DNA from: Candidatus Poseidoniaceae archaeon
GTDB taxonomy: Archaea; Thermoplasmatota; Poseidoniia; Poseidoniales; Poseidoniaceae
DNA length: 64,000 bases
Assembly: GCA_965662895.1 (NCBI GenBank)
Contig: CBFIJH010000004.1
Location: 64,001 to 128,000 of the forward strand
Direction of reading: 5' to 3'
A model generated the notes under the pieces. That model made no database searches and was not told the DNA's origin. It saw only the letters and a program-made list of their open reading frames with translations. A program made the position numbers and the translations under genes. Shown here one piece after another: positions 45,682-56,668 of the stretch. The stretch's first letter is position 1; every line of letters begins with the position of its first letter.

Positions 45682-48600
45682 ACCCATTTGTCATCGTCGT
45701 CTTGACTGTTACGAACACGAACAAAGGCGATGAGTAGAACCAGTACGGTAACGAGGATACCAACTTGAACGATACCGCTTGAGACAGGTGATGCTTTGTC
45801 GTCCACGTCTGTTTCGTTGGATGAATCGTTCGGGTTCGTTGGACTTGGATTTGTATTTTCACCCTCGAGATTAATCCGCACAGAAACGCTGCTTTCATTG
45901 GAATTTCCTGAAGCATCAGCACTCTTGACAATGAAAACATAATCGCCATTCGCATAGCCTTCTGTCACATATTCGTGGTTCTTTTTGACTGCGAATGGGT
46001 CACTATGAATCGATGTCGAACCAATAAGAATCTCCTCGGTTGAACTTTCGGAGGTGTACCACGTAATCTTCACACGGCCATCCTCAAGAACTTCAGCATC
46101 CAAATTCAGGAGTTCAGGAGGCGTATCGTCGACAACCGTACTCGTATTGAAGTAAAGAATGACATCATCAGTACCTTCTGCACGAATGAAAACCCAGTAC
46201 GCTGTACCAACATCGAGGTCTGTTAGGGTGACCGCATGGTCTGTACCACTTGCCGTTTCAAGAAGGTTCGTGCTTGCATCGATAGGCTGTTGACCAGCAA
46301 GAGCAAATTGAATCGAAGTCGCATCTGAAACGGTTGTCGACCAAGTAATCACCGCCGTTGAAGCAGTAACAGCCTCAATGGATGCTCCGAAAATCTGCTG
46401 TGGAACTTCAGGCATCTCAAAGCCTGTAAGTTTCGCATAGACGTGATTCTCAACGTCGTACGAAGAAAGCATTTGTTCTTGCCCAGAACCATTGAGAATC
46501 ATATCGATGATGTTTGGATCGTAGTCAATACCATCATCTGCAGCAGGGTTTGAACCACCTCCTAGCGTCCATGTTGATGGTGTCTCATCCACATCTCGCC
46601 ATTTACCAGTTCCAAAACCGTCTTGACTTCCGATGACGACGATGTATCGATAATTCGGAATATCATCACCGATAACGTCCTTACTGACAGTAAAGGTGAT
46701 GGTTTTTGCATCGACATCGCCAGAGACATCGATGCCTCGTGAAGAGGTGCTACCGGTTTCAGACTGAACTGCGAGGACCGCACCTGGTTCACCCGTTCCA
46801 CTGATGGCAACTTCCCAAGCCCAATCCTCATCGATTTCTGCATTTGCACCATCGAGCATCTCTGTTGATCCATACGATGTTTGACCATGATCAACATAAA
46901 TCTGAACAATTTGATGACTAAATCCATTGCTCAATCCCCAAATATCGGTCATTTCACCCATCTCTAAGATGAATTGGGCATTCCAAGCACTTTGCCGAAT
47001 GGTGAGTTTCTTGGCATCCCAAAGGCCACCATTGTTTGGTGTAGCAAAATCGCTTGCAAGTGGGTACGAGTAGTCACCATCACCTGTTTCATCACCAGCA
47101 GCATCTTCAAGTTCGAGCAGTGTCACCCATTCTTCCAGATCAGGAAGGACAACTTCAGCAGGAGCAGGTGGTGCCATTTCCTTATCCTCTCCATCACCAT
47201 AAGAAAGTGATTCTGCCAGTGCTGCGACCACCTTTATTCGAGTGGAGTATCGAGGTGCAAGTCCAATCTCTGACCATGGAATTGCAAATTCATAAACATC
47301 CTGAACTGCACAACTTCCAAGCGAGGAACTTCCGCTTAGAACCCATTGCTCTTGATCTCCACTCTTCCCTTTCGCCGTGAAGAGATTCCATTTTGCTCGA
47401 CCATCGTCTCGTAGCGTATCAAAGTCAAAGGCAATCATGTATTTTGCAGGGAAACCAAGAATTTGATTTCCGTAATACGTTCGGAAATTGGTTTCAGCTT
47501 CGTTGAAATTGACTGCGTTGGCCTGCATGAAGTAGAGAGCCAAATCGGGTGACTTTTCATCGAGCGACGCATCCTGAAGTTCAGCAACGGTTGTCGCATC
47601 CACACGAATGAACACATTGGATGCATCATAGCCAACATAGAACTCATCAATGTTGAACGGTGAGCCGTCAACCGGGGCATCGTACCGTGCAGCACCATCC
47701 CATTCACCTGGCAATGCAACACCGTCAATCATCGGCTCGATGATTGATGAGGACGCGGGCGAGGGAACTGCTGGATTGGTCCACAGGTCTTGCAAGTAGG
47801 GAGGGAGGTCCAGATTGACCGCACGATAGATGTTTGACAGGTGAACCTTAAACAACACATCCCAATTCTCATCGTAACCGCTGTCTTGGTCAAGGCCATA
47901 CCACCAGAACCAATCGCTTCCTTCTGCGATGTAGAGCGATTCCCATGCGGCCTCAAGACCACTGTGGTTTGGATTCTCTTCTTCGAAGGCCACGAGTTCT
48001 TGCCGTGCTTCAACGAGACGTTGCCAGGCAAGCGATTCCTCTTCCTCACCAGCCCACGTGCGTAGTGTTCCATCAATCCAAGAGCCCGTTCCTATGGTTT
48101 GGATTTCTGGTAGCGTTGGATCGGATTCAAGGAACTCTGATGGCGTTGTCGTGACAACGGTCGGATGAGTTGCAAGTCGACTGTACCACTCTGCCATGAA
48201 TGGTCGAGCATTGTCCTGATGTTGGAATTCGGACATGAACATCCAGTTTTCACCGTCCAATGCAACGGTAAGGAGGTGTTCTGAAGGGTCCTCGCCTGCA
48301 TCGAGAAGTTGCTGACGGATGTTATCGAGGTATGCAATGAAATCGGAAACGGCTGCTTCTGGCGTCATTGTTCCATATTGGAATGCAATACGGTCAGAAA
48401 TCACTCGATCACGGAAAATGACAGCAACCTCACCACCATCTGCACCGGTCACTGTCCAAGGTGTGGCAAGATTGGTCACGTCCTCAACATCGATGTAATC
48501 ACCGTTTTGGTTGGTTGATTGCTTGAGGATTTCCTCATCCGTCACCATCCACTCGATTCCGACATCTGTGACGGGTTGAACCATCGCTGGAGAAACGGCT

Positions 48601-50147
48601 TCTTCGCTGGGCCACATACCGGTTGGACGGAATCCAAGTTCATCCTCAAAGAGATTCATTCCTGTGATGAGATGATTCTGCACATCTTCAGGCCATGCTT
48701 CTTTGTTGACTCGAATGCCATCTTCCATCGTCCAACCATCCATCATCAGCAGCGGCATGATTGGATGGTAGTACGGTGTTGTTGTCAACTCAATTTGACC
48801 CTTTGCAGCAAGTTCGCTGTACATCGGCAAAACATTGCCCATGTGTTCATGTTGAGCGTCGAGAACATAATTCAAATCATCCAAATCGTAATTCCCATTT
48901 TGCATAAACAAGTCGATCAAACCCTGATCTCGATGGCTGGCATTGTAGGCTCCTAGGACGTAATCAGGTGAGAATTGATAGAGATACCACAGGACCTGAA
49001 GATCGAGGAAATCTTGAGGAGCAAGCAAATCGTCATCCATAATGGTTGCAGGCTTGAGGTTGTGCAGGGTTTCATCATAGAGTTCTTTGTACCGCTCACT
49101 CGAAGGATGAAGCCATCCTAACTTGGCATCATCTTCGGATACGTTGTATATCCAACCGCTGTTCCAAAATGACTGAAACTGCATGGTATGCAATTCCAGA
49201 TCTGTTGCATTGGGATAGCCGCCCTCTGTCCACGAACGTTTCGCAATGTCTGTGTGAACGTCGAGCGTTTCCTGCTCATGGTAATCGACCAATTGCTCAA
49301 TGAACGATGGTACGAGGTTGTAGGTCACTTTGGTGTCGGAATCGGCAAGTATGCCTGGTGAGTCAACATACTCAGTCATGGCATGGACCCGAACCCATGG
49401 CATCTCGTACATGCCAGTTAGTTTGTTTTTGTAATAGGGCTGGTGTTGATGGAAGACGATAGCGAGGTTGAGTGCATCGTCGACCTTTCCGGAAGCTGCA
49501 GGTTGAATCACAGGAAGTTGACTTGGATTCGTAACATTGTTCACGTTTTCAATGTGCCAAGCATGCGTAAACGTTTCAGCACCATTATTGCTTGCAGGAT
49601 TTTGTTGAGGGAAGGATACCCAGACATTCCCTTCATCTTGCCATTGTGCGTAAACGATGACATCGAGGGTTGAAGGCGTTCCAATCTCAGTCCATGGAAT
49701 TGCAAGTTCAGTCACCTTGTTGTCGCTCCATCCGCTGTAGATTTCAACGACGTGTGAAGAATCAATCCAAGCACTTCCATCAAAAGATATGAGGCGAAAA
49801 TATGAATCATCTTCAAGAACGAATCCGTAGTTTGCCGCAAAGGGCAAGGTGTGGGCAAAGCCCCAATCTTTGCTCAGTACAGAGCCTGTCGAAGAGGTGT
49901 TGAAGTAAACGAACAAATCTGCTCCTTCAAAGGTATCTTTCCAGTCTGTTCCTTCCCAACCGAAATAGAGACTGTTTTCGTCCCACGTTAGGTGAAGGTC
50001 AACATTTCCAGAAGCCATTTGGCTGTCTGAACTCCAATCGGAAAGGTCGCCATCAACACTTATTGTTGAAGGGGTAACTCCGGCAGCAAATCCGCCCATG
50101 GTCGAGGTTATGAAAAGCAGCGACAAAATCACAGCACTTCTCCGCAT
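45678..50147 (-). CDS. Membrane-anchored GH57 amylopullulanase with glucodextranase DOMON-like and FN3-like domains
   Basis: HQHQP, WVRVH, TPYYHPIMPL, GMWPSEEAVS, ALDGENW, AEGSDWFWW; DETGDGDYSYP and GFSHQIVQIYVD (DOMON-like); signal peptide and C-terminal TM. Confidence 0.93.
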   Translation of the reverse strand: MRRSAVILSLLFITSTMGGFAAGVTPSTISVDGDLSDWSSDSQMASGNVDLHLTWDENSLYFGWEGTDWKDTFEGADLFVYFNTSSTGSVLSKDWGFAHTLPFAANYGFVLEDDSYFRLISFDGSAWIDSSHVVEIYSGWSDNKVTELAIPWTEIGTPSTLDVIVYAQWQDEGNVWVSFPQQNPASNNGAETFTHAWHIENVNNVTNPSQLPVIQPAASGKVDDALNLAIVFHQHQPYYKNKLTGMYEMPWVRVHAMTEYVDSPGILADSDTKVTYNLVPSFIEQLVDYHEQETLDVHTDIAKRSWTEGGYPNATDLELHTMQFQSFWNSGWIYNVSEDDAKLGWLHPSSERYKELYDETLHNLKPATIMDDDLLAPQDFLDLQVLWYLYQFSPDYVLGAYNASHRDQGLIDLFMQNGNYDLDDLNYVLDAQHEHMGNVLPMYSELAAKGQIELTTTPYYHPIMPLLMMDGWTMEDGIRVNKEAWPEDVQNHLITGMNLFEDELGFRPTGMWPSEEAVSPAMVQPVTDVGIEWMVTDEEILKQSTNQNGDYIDVEDVTNLATPWTVTGADGGEVAVIFRDRVISDRIAFQYGTMTPEAAVSDFIAYLDNIRQQLLDAGEDPSEHLLTVALDGENWMFMSEFQHQDNARPFMAEWYSRLATHPTVVTTTPSEFLESDPTLPEIQTIGTGSWIDGTLRTWAGEEEESLAWQRLVEARQELVAFEEENPNHSGLEAAWESLYIAEGSDWFWWYGLDQDSGYDENWDVLFKVHLSNIYRAVNLDLPPYLQDLWTNPAVPSPASSSIIEPMIDGVALPGEWDGAARYDAPVDGSPFNIDEFYVGYDASNVFIRVDATTVAELQDASLDEKSPDLALYFMQANAVNFNEAETNFRTYYGNQILGFPAKYMIAFDFDTLRDDGRAKWNLFTAKGKSGDQEQWVLSGSSSLGSCAVQDVYEFAIPWSEIGLAPRYSTRIKVVAALAESLSYGDGEDKEMAPPAPAEVVLPDLEEWVTLLELEDAAGDETGDGDYSYPLASDFATPNNGGLWDAKKLTIRQSAWNAQFILEMGEMTDIWGLSNGFSHQIVQIYVDHGQTSYGSTEMLDGANAEIDEDWAWEVAISGTGEPGAVLAVQSETGSTSSRGIDVSGDVDAKTITFTVSKDVIGDDIPNYRYIVVIGSQDGFGTGKWRDVDETPSTWTLGGGSNPAADDGIDYDPNIIDMILNGSGQEQMLSSYDVENHVYAKLTGFEMPEVPQQIFGASIEAVTASTAVITWSTTVSDATSIQFALAGQQPIDASTNLLETASGTDHAVTLTDLDVGTAYWVFIRAEGTDDVILYFNTSTVVDDTPPELLNLDAEVLEDGRVKITWYTSESSTEEILIGSTSIHSDPFAVKKNHEYVTEGYANGDYVFIVKSADASGNSNESSVSVRINLEGENTNPSPTNPNDSSNETDVDDKASPVSSGIVQVGILVTVLVLLIAFVRVRNSQDDDDKWV

Positions 50148-50192
50148 GGCTGTACCGTAGAAATGATAACTTGAAAGACTTTGCAAAATTTG

Positions 50193-51446
50193 ATGGAGTC
50201 CGAAAAAGCGATCGGGATTCTCTGTCACATCACTTCATTGCCCAACCAAAGTTTGGCAGAGGGCCACATATTTGTTGACTGGTTGAGCAAAAATGGATTC
50301 GATTATTGGCAATTGCTTCCACTTACACCTCCAGACAAATACGCCTCACCGTACGCGTCGCCATCAGCCTTTGCTGGTTGGAGTGCATTGTGCGATTCGG
50401 ATGCAACGTCATCGATGGAGAAGGATGAATATTGGTTGAACGATTGGGCATTGTATTGTGCAATCAAAGCCGACCAGGGTGGCAAGCCATGGTACGAATG
50501 GCCCGAACCACTCAAGAACCGAGACAGTGATGCATTAAGCAAATTCAACAGTCAACGCCAACCTTTCATCGAGCAACAAGCAAATTTTATGGCGGAATGG
50601 AACAATTTACGACAATATGCTGCTCATCATGGTGTGAAAATCATTGGCGACGTCCCTATTTTCATCGCCCACGATTCTGCAGACGTTTGGGCGCATCAAG
50701 AGTTGTTTCAATTGGACGACAATGGCTATCCAACCTTCATCGCTGGCGTCCCTCCGGACTATTTTAGTGAAACGGGCCAAGTCTGGGAAACAGTCCTCTA
50801 CGATTGGGAAGCACACGAAAAACAGCAGTGGAAATGGTGGGAGGAACGCATGAAACGCATGTTTCGAATGTACGATGTTGTCCGAATCGATCACTTTCGA
50901 GGCTTCCATTCCAATTGGGCCGTACCTTATCCAGAAGAGAACGCGATGAATGGGCACTGGCAATCTGGACCTGAGCACAAACTCTTCGATCATCTGATGG
51001 CATTGGTAACCTCTCCAGACCAAATCATAGCAGAAGATTTGGGCATCATTCCGGAAGCTGTTATCGACTTTCGTAATCGACATAACCTTCGCGGAATGAG
51101 TGTCTTGCAATTTGGGTTTGCGGGAGATTTGGCAACAAACCCACATCATCCAAACAACATAACAGAGCAGCAAATTGCATACAGTGGAACACATGACAAC
51201 AATACTGCAGTCGGTTGGTTTGAAGAGATAACAGAGGAAGAGCAGGCCAACGTTCAATCCCTTGCGTTACCGGGTGAAGCCATACAAGACACATTGATGC
51301 GGTTAGCAATGGATTCTGATGCAAGAATATCCATCTTCCCGTTGCAGGACTTTTTGGGATTAGGTTCCGAGGCTCGGATGAACGTGCCTGGTCAGAAAGG
51401 GGAAAACTGGAATTGGAAATTTACATGGCAGCAACTCGTTAGGTGA
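50193..51446 (+). CDS. malQ: 4-alpha-glucanotransferase (GH77)
   Basis: GILCHITSLP, WQLLPL, SPYASPSAFAG, IGDVPIF, AGVPPDYFSETGQ, RIDHFRG, IAEDLG, YSGTHDNNT, RMNVPG. Confidence 0.95.
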   Translation: MESEKAIGILCHITSLPNQSLAEGHIFVDWLSKNGFDYWQLLPLTPPDKYASPYASPSAFAGWSALCDSDATSSMEKDEYWLNDWALYCAIKADQGGKPWYEWPEPLKNRDSDALSKFNSQRQPFIEQQANFMAEWNNLRQYAAHHGVKIIGDVPIFIAHDSADVWAHQELFQLDDNGYPTFIAGVPPDYFSETGQVWETVLYDWEAHEKQQWKWWEERMKRMFRMYDVVRIDHFRGFHSNWAVPYPEENAMNGHWQSGPEHKLFDHLMALVTSPDQIIAEDLGIIPEAVIDFRNRHNLRGMSVLQFGFAGDLATNPHHPNNITEQQIAYSGTHDNNTAVGWFEEITEEEQANVQSLALPGEAIQDTLMRLAMDSDARISIFPLQDFLGLGSEARMNVPGQKGENWNWKFTWQQLVR

Positions 51447-51491
51447 GGCGACCGACAAAGAACTCATAACCTGACAAGAATAGCATAATCC

Positions 51492-53138
51492 ATGCCTGTA
51501 GTGGGGTATTTTACAGCAGAGATTGGCCTCTGGTCAGAGTTGCATACCTACTCAGGGGGGCTCGGAGTTCTTGCCGGAGACCATGTCAAATCAGCGGCTG
51601 ATGCAGGTATACCTCTGGTCGGCGTAACACTCCTTTACCATCAAGGATATGCACGACAACACATTGACAATGCTGGAATTCAAACCGAAACTTTTCCCGA
51701 AATTGACATGAACAATCTTCTCACAAAAACAAACACCATTCTTGAACTTGAACTTGATGGAACACCATTGTTTGCATATGTTTGGATGGCTGAAATTGTT
51801 GGGCAATCTGGTCACAAGGTTCCCGTCTACTTCATCGACACCAGACACCCTGAAAACACAACTGAACATCAGGAACTCTCCTCGAGATTGTATGGTGGTG
51901 ATGATCGTATGCGAATTCGACAAGAGTACGTTCTCGGTGTAGGGGGCATCCATTTGTTTGACCATTTGGAAATCAAAATGGATGGTCTTCATTTGAATGA
52001 AGGCCATTGTACATTCGCGATGCTTGAACTCTTGAAGCGTGGCTGGAGTCGTGAACAATTAGCTCAGCGGAGTCTGTTCACAACCCACACTCCTGTACCT
52101 GCAGGACATGATCGATTCGATTGGTCGTTGGTCGAGGAGGTCATTGGAGACTTGTTGCCGCCAGATGCGAAGGAATTGGTGAGAAGTGCAGGTGACCCCG
52201 AGGATGCTGCTCGCTGTTCGATGTCGCATCTCGCCGTTTCACTTTCAACCAGTGTGAACGCTGTTTCCAAACTCAACGCGGACGTCGCAATGACAATGTT
52301 CGAACAAAACATCCAACCAATCACCAATGGGGTCCATCATATCACGTGGACATCCCCGGTTATGTCATCCCTCTTCGACAAGCATCTGACTGGTTGGAGA
52401 ACTCATCCGGAGTCAATTTCCAACGCCGAAACGTTGCCAACGGAAGATCTCAAAGAAGCACGCTCAAAGGCTCGAAGCCAGCTTCGTGACTACGTTCGAT
52501 CAACAACAGGTGTCGAATTGTCTCCCGATCGATTAACGATTGGGTTTGCACGTCGATTTGCAACTTATAAGCGAGCGAACCTAGTGTTCAAAGATTTGCA
52601 GCGACTGCGAGCACTTGGTGCAGGAAAAATACAATTTGTGTTTTCTGGAAAAGCACATCCAAAAGACCAGGGTGGTAAGCAATTGATTCGTGATATCTTT
52701 GAATCTGCACACCAAATCGAAGACGAAATTCCAGTTGCTTTCATCGAGAATTACGACATGCATACCGGATTGATGATGACCAGTGGCGTTGACATCTGGC
52801 TGAACAATCCAATTCGTCCAATGGAAGCATCAGGCACATCTGGCATGAAGGCTGCAATGAACGGTGTCCCGAACTGTTCGATTCTCGACGGATGGTGGCC
52901 AGAAGCCTGTCTTCATGGTGTGAATGGGTGGGCAATTGGAAACGCAGAAGATAATCGAAACGATGACAGAGATGCTGAAAACATCTACAAGGTGCTTGAA
53001 GATGAAGTCATCCCGCTCTGGGAACAGGCAGGTGATGGTTGGGCTGAGATGATGAAAGCAAGCATCGCAGTATCAGCAGGCTTTACTGGACAGCGTATGG
53101 TTCAAGACTACCTTGAATTTTACAATCAATTCTCTTGA
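51492..53138 (+). CDS. glgP: Alpha-glucan phosphorylase (GT35)
   Basis: YSGGLGVLAGDH, HLNEGH, FTTHTPVPAGHDRF, ITNGVH, FARRFATYKRA, GKAHPKD, EASGTSGMKA. Confidence 0.95.
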   Translation: MPVVGYFTAEIGLWSELHTYSGGLGVLAGDHVKSAADAGIPLVGVTLLYHQGYARQHIDNAGIQTETFPEIDMNNLLTKTNTILELELDGTPLFAYVWMAEIVGQSGHKVPVYFIDTRHPENTTEHQELSSRLYGGDDRMRIRQEYVLGVGGIHLFDHLEIKMDGLHLNEGHCTFAMLELLKRGWSREQLAQRSLFTTHTPVPAGHDRFDWSLVEEVIGDLLPPDAKELVRSAGDPEDAARCSMSHLAVSLSTSVNAVSKLNADVAMTMFEQNIQPITNGVHHITWTSPVMSSLFDKHLTGWRTHPESISNAETLPTEDLKEARSKARSQLRDYVRSTTGVELSPDRLTIGFARRFATYKRANLVFKDLQRLRALGAGKIQFVFSGKAHPKDQGGKQLIRDIFESAHQIEDEIPVAFIENYDMHTGLMMTSGVDIWLNNPIRPMEASGTSGMKAAMNGVPNCSILDGWWPEACLHGVNGWAIGNAEDNRNDDRDAENIYKVLEDEVIPLWEQAGDGWAEMMKASIAVSAGFTGQRMVQDYLEFYNQFS

Positions 53139-55879
53139 TTTTCCAAATCGATTTCAAACGATTCATCCTCTTGCCATCCCTTCTTTCTTGCAGATAGACC
53201 GAGGACGAGAGCTGCGATGATGACCCCTCCAATCAACAATGTTCGTGTGAGTGTTATTGCAGACGATTTGGAATCCGATGGTTCCGCATTTTCACATGGA
53301 AGGCAGGCTGCAACCGGACACGGTTGATCGACGGGGTGTTCGTAGGTTTCACCACAGCAAAGGTCACAAATTTGTACGCCAGATTCATTTCCAACCGTCT
53401 CATTGTTCGAGTCGGGTAATTGTGTTTCATTGGTTGAGCCCGTTTGGTTTGTCGTATCACTTGTTTGATTTGTGGTATCATCCGTTTGATTTGTCGTATT
53501 TGTTTGATTGTTGTCGCTTGGCCCTTGACAACTTGGACAACACTCCCCCTCGGCAGCTGGTATCGTTGTCCATCCATCAGGGCATGCATCACAGAACGCA
53601 TCAGCACACGGGTCGGTTTGATACTGGCAACTTCCATCATCTTGGGTTGCTTCAGCATCAAAATTTGTTGCTGTGCTGTCCGTACAGCCTAGAATTGGTT
53701 CGGGTGGATATTCACAGGATCCATCGTCTACCGTAGCAGATGCGTCAAAATTGGTTGCTGTTGAATCTGTACAACCGTACACAGGATTCACCTCAATATC
53801 AACATCGAGTTCGATAACAGTAACAGAATGGGCATCCACAGAAAGTGTACCATCGAGCATTGAGGATTCACCAAAACGGACAATGTCGTTGCTCTCAAAG
53901 CCCCCAACAGTCGTTGGAGCACCTCGATTAAGTACGACGGACATCGTTTGATTCTCATGCGTCATGTTGTAAACCAAGAGATTCGCCATTGCGAGACGTG
54001 TACTGTACTCGCCACGTTGCAATGCAATCGATTCTGACCGTACCTTACCAAGTTCTGAGATGTTCTCAAACAATTGCGATTCCATAGCACTCCACAAACT
54101 TTCATTTCGATACATGTGACGATTGTCAGGATCTGCACCACCGTATTCACCGTATTCATCACCATAATAGAGAAGTGGAGCACCAGGGGTTGTCAACAAC
54201 CAGCCATACGCTTGCATAGCAGCGTTGTAGGCAGAGACATCACCTGGTTGACCAGGAAGTCCATCTTCAGCCCATTGATTGAACGCGTCATTGGTTCCAG
54301 TATCTGCACGACTCGTCAATCGAGGCACATCGTGACTGCCAACATATGGCACCATAATCGAACCATTGAGATACTGGTCCTGACTTCGGTTTGTCCAGTA
54401 ATCAAGGTGCATGTAATTCTCATTGCCAGAAACGAAAACATTGTCGACAACTGCATGATAAAGCACGAAATCGGCTTGACCATCCAATCCATCCTCACCC
54501 ATGTATCCATTAATCGTCCCGTATTGATCTTGATTATCTTCAAGCGAGTGTCCTTCCCAACCCATAGCAGTTTCGCCCTTGAGATAGTAATCCGTTCCAA
54601 CCGTCTCGAACCGTTCATTGACTTGAGCGACTAAATTTCTTGTCGCTAAATCTTCGACGTGTTTCACGGCATCGATTCGTAATCCATCTAAATCATAAGT
54701 TTCGAGCCACCAAAGCGCATCATCGATGAATTGTTCAGAAGCATTCCGAATCTTCCAGTTGACATCGGGCATGTACGACGTAAATTGACAATCCAAGCGA
54801 TGCTCGGTCCAATCACAGCCTGGAGAACCACAGATACAACCTGCATTGAACCACTCTGGATGTTCTTCGTAGTAGGTATGTTGCTCGTGAACATGGTTGA
54901 CAACAAAATCCATCATGACCCGAATGTCACGGTCGTGGGCAGCTTGAATCAATGCATGAAGTTCTTCTTCAGTTCCCAGTTTGGGTTCGATGCCTCGTGG
55001 CTCGGTTGGCCAATATCCATGAAAGGCGGAGACATCATGTATTCCATCAGCAGCCTTCCCGGTTCCATTCGCTGCCGTATTGAAAGGGGTAAGCCAAAGT
55101 GCCCCTACACCCAATTCATCGAAATAACCCGATTCGATCATTTGGGTGACTCCAGCAAAGTCGCCCCCTTGCCAATCAGCACCTTGAGCAGCACCGACCA
55201 TGGGCTCATCGTTCGATGTATTTCCATTGACGAATCGGTCGGTCATGACCATGTAGATGAGTGCGTCTTGCCATTCAAAATCAGCACTTGGGCCTGTCCA
55301 AAAGGGTATCAACAGGTCGTATGCAGGGTTCCCGTTTACATCGAATCCATCGATTTTCAAGGTGTGCTTACCATCAGTGAATCCACTTACATCATACGTC
55401 CAAGTGTGTTGTTGTGAATCCCAGACAGCACCTGAAATGGCGGATGGCGTTCCACTAAAAGCGGCTCCAGAAGAACCGGGATGATAGGTTACAACAAGCG
55501 ATTCATCCGTCAATTCAGCACTGAATTGTGGCCGAACATGGTCGCGAACACGAACAAGGGAGTTTTCGAAATCTCCACAATACGATCGTTCCGAATTCAT
55601 TGGATCGAAAATGAATTCCTCATCGACAATGAATTTGTAACAATACAAGCCTTCCTGAAGTTCAACTTCGGCCGTCCAAATACCATCCTGTTCAGTCATT
55701 GGAATATGGTCGCTCCAGTTCCATTCTCCAACAACAAAGACCTCGTTGGCAACACCTTCGTACGAGAACAACGTCGTTGATGATAACGAATGTTCCGTCG
55801 CACGCACCTCGTTTGATGAAAGGGGTGAAAAGACAACAAGGAGCATCATCAAAATCAAGAAACGCGGTGCGAATTTCAT
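53126..55879 (-). CDS. Secreted, membrane-anchored GH13 alpha-amylase-family enzyme with N-terminal CBM48-like domain and Cys-rich C-terminal repeats
   Basis: VFVVGEWN...YCYKFIVD; IYMVMTDRF, GGDFAG, FHGYW, MMDFVVNH, GLRIDAVKH, KGE, GSHD, LYYGDEYG, DPDNR. Confidence 0.93.
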   Translation of the reverse strand: MKFAPRFLILMMLLVVFSPLSSNEVRATEHSLSSTTLFSYEGVANEVFVVGEWNWSDHIPMTEQDGIWTAEVELQEGLYCYKFIVDEEFIFDPMNSERSYCGDFENSLVRVRDHVRPQFSAELTDESLVVTYHPGSSGAAFSGTPSAISGAVWDSQQHTWTYDVSGFTDGKHTLKIDGFDVNGNPAYDLLIPFWTGPSADFEWQDALIYMVMTDRFVNGNTSNDEPMVGAAQGADWQGGDFAGVTQMIESGYFDELGVGALWLTPFNTAANGTGKAADGIHDVSAFHGYWPTEPRGIEPKLGTEEELHALIQAAHDRDIRVMMDFVVNHVHEQHTYYEEHPEWFNAGCICGSPGCDWTEHRLDCQFTSYMPDVNWKIRNASEQFIDDALWWLETYDLDGLRIDAVKHVEDLATRNLVAQVNERFETVGTDYYLKGETAMGWEGHSLEDNQDQYGTINGYMGEDGLDGQADFVLYHAVVDNVFVSGNENYMHLDYWTNRSQDQYLNGSIMVPYVGSHDVPRLTSRADTGTNDAFNQWAEDGLPGQPGDVSAYNAAMQAYGWLLTTPGAPLLYYGDEYGEYGGADPDNRHMYRNESLWSAMESQLFENISELGKVRSESIALQRGEYSTRLAMANLLVYNMTHENQTMSVVLNRGAPTTVGGFESNDIVRFGESSMLDGTLSVDAHSVTVIELDVDIEVNPVYGCTDSTATNFDASATVDDGSCEYPPEPILGCTDSTATNFDAEATQDDGSCQYQTDPCADAFCDACPDGWTTIPAAEGECCPSCQGPSDNNQTNTTNQTDDTTNQTSDTTNQTGSTNETQLPDSNNETVGNESGVQICDLCCGETYEHPVDQPCPVAACLPCENAEPSDSKSSAITLTRTLLIGGVIIAALVLGLSARKKGWQEDESFEIDLENQEN
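53420..53512 (-). repeat. Degenerate tandem repeat (about 18-21 nt units) encoding an N-Q-T-rich linker
   Basis: Encodes NNQTNTTNQTDDTTNQTSDTTNQTGSTNETQ. Confidence 0.8.
53621..53776 (-). repeat. Two 69-nt repeats encoding GCTDSTATNFDA(S/E)AT(V/Q)DDGSC(E/Q)Y
   Basis: Units at 53776-53708 and 53689-53621 within the GH13 gene. Confidence 0.9.
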
Positions 55880-56664
55880 TCGTTAACCTCCTGTGGTTTT
55901 TTGAACAATGCGTTGGCTGTATCGACCAAATCGTCAATGTGCTTGCAAAGGAAAGAACGAACAAATTCGTTTGCAGGGTTATGATAAGCCTCCATTGGTT
56001 CACAATGCTGTTGCAATACACCCTTGTCGAGAATAGCAATGCGATCGGCTAATGTCATGGCCTCGATTTGATCGTGTGTCACATAGATAGTGGTCGTTCC
56101 CAATTCATTGTGCAGGCGTCGTATTTCATTCCGCATTTGATGACGAAGTTCTGCATCAAGGTTGGAAAGTGGCTCATCCATGAGAAGAACCTTCGGTCTT
56201 CGAATCAGAGCACGACCGAGTGCAACGCGCTGACGTTGACCACCACTCAACTCCTTTGGTTTCTTGTCGAGATGATCCTTCAATTCCAACAATTGAGCTA
56301 CATCGATGACTCGCTTTGAAATCTCATCACCATTTAATTTCTCATCGCCTTTCATCATTCGCAATCCGAACGACAAATTGTCACGAATGGTCATGTGAGG
56401 ATAGAGAGCATAAGATTGGAACACCATACCAAGTCCTCGCGCACCTGCGGGCAGATGGTTCACTTTCATGCCGTCAATTCGTATGTCACCCGCCGTGACT
56501 TCCTCAAGTCCAGCAAGCATTCGAAGCGTGGTTGACTTTCCACAACCTGATGGACCGAGGAGTACCAAGAATTCCTTATCTTTGATGTCCAAGGTCAAGT
56601 CCTGGACAGCTTGGAACCCATCTTCGTACAGTTTGTTCACGTTTTCAAATTCTACACTTACCAT
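55876..56664 (-). CDS. Sugar ABC transporter ATP-binding protein (MalK-like, short)
   Basis: GPSGCGKST, MVFQSYALYPHMT, LSGGQRQRVALGRA, MDEPLSNLDA, YVTHDQ. Confidence 0.92.
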   Translation of the reverse strand: MVSVEFENVNKLYEDGFQAVQDLTLDIKDKEFLVLLGPSGCGKSTTLRMLAGLEEVTAGDIRIDGMKVNHLPAGARGLGMVFQSYALYPHMTIRDNLSFGLRMMKGDEKLNGDEISKRVIDVAQLLELKDHLDKKPKELSGGQRQRVALGRALIRRPKVLLMDEPLSNLDAELRHQMRNEIRRLHNELGTTTIYVTHDQIEAMTLADRIAILDKGVLQQHCEPMEAYHNPANEFVRSFLCKHIDDLVDTANALFKKPQEVNE

Positions 56665-56668
56665 AATC

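Noticed and set aside
53420-53776. CRISPR-like repeats
   Set aside because: The repeats are in-frame coding units with synonymous variation, only 2-4 copies, and no cas genes are nearby.
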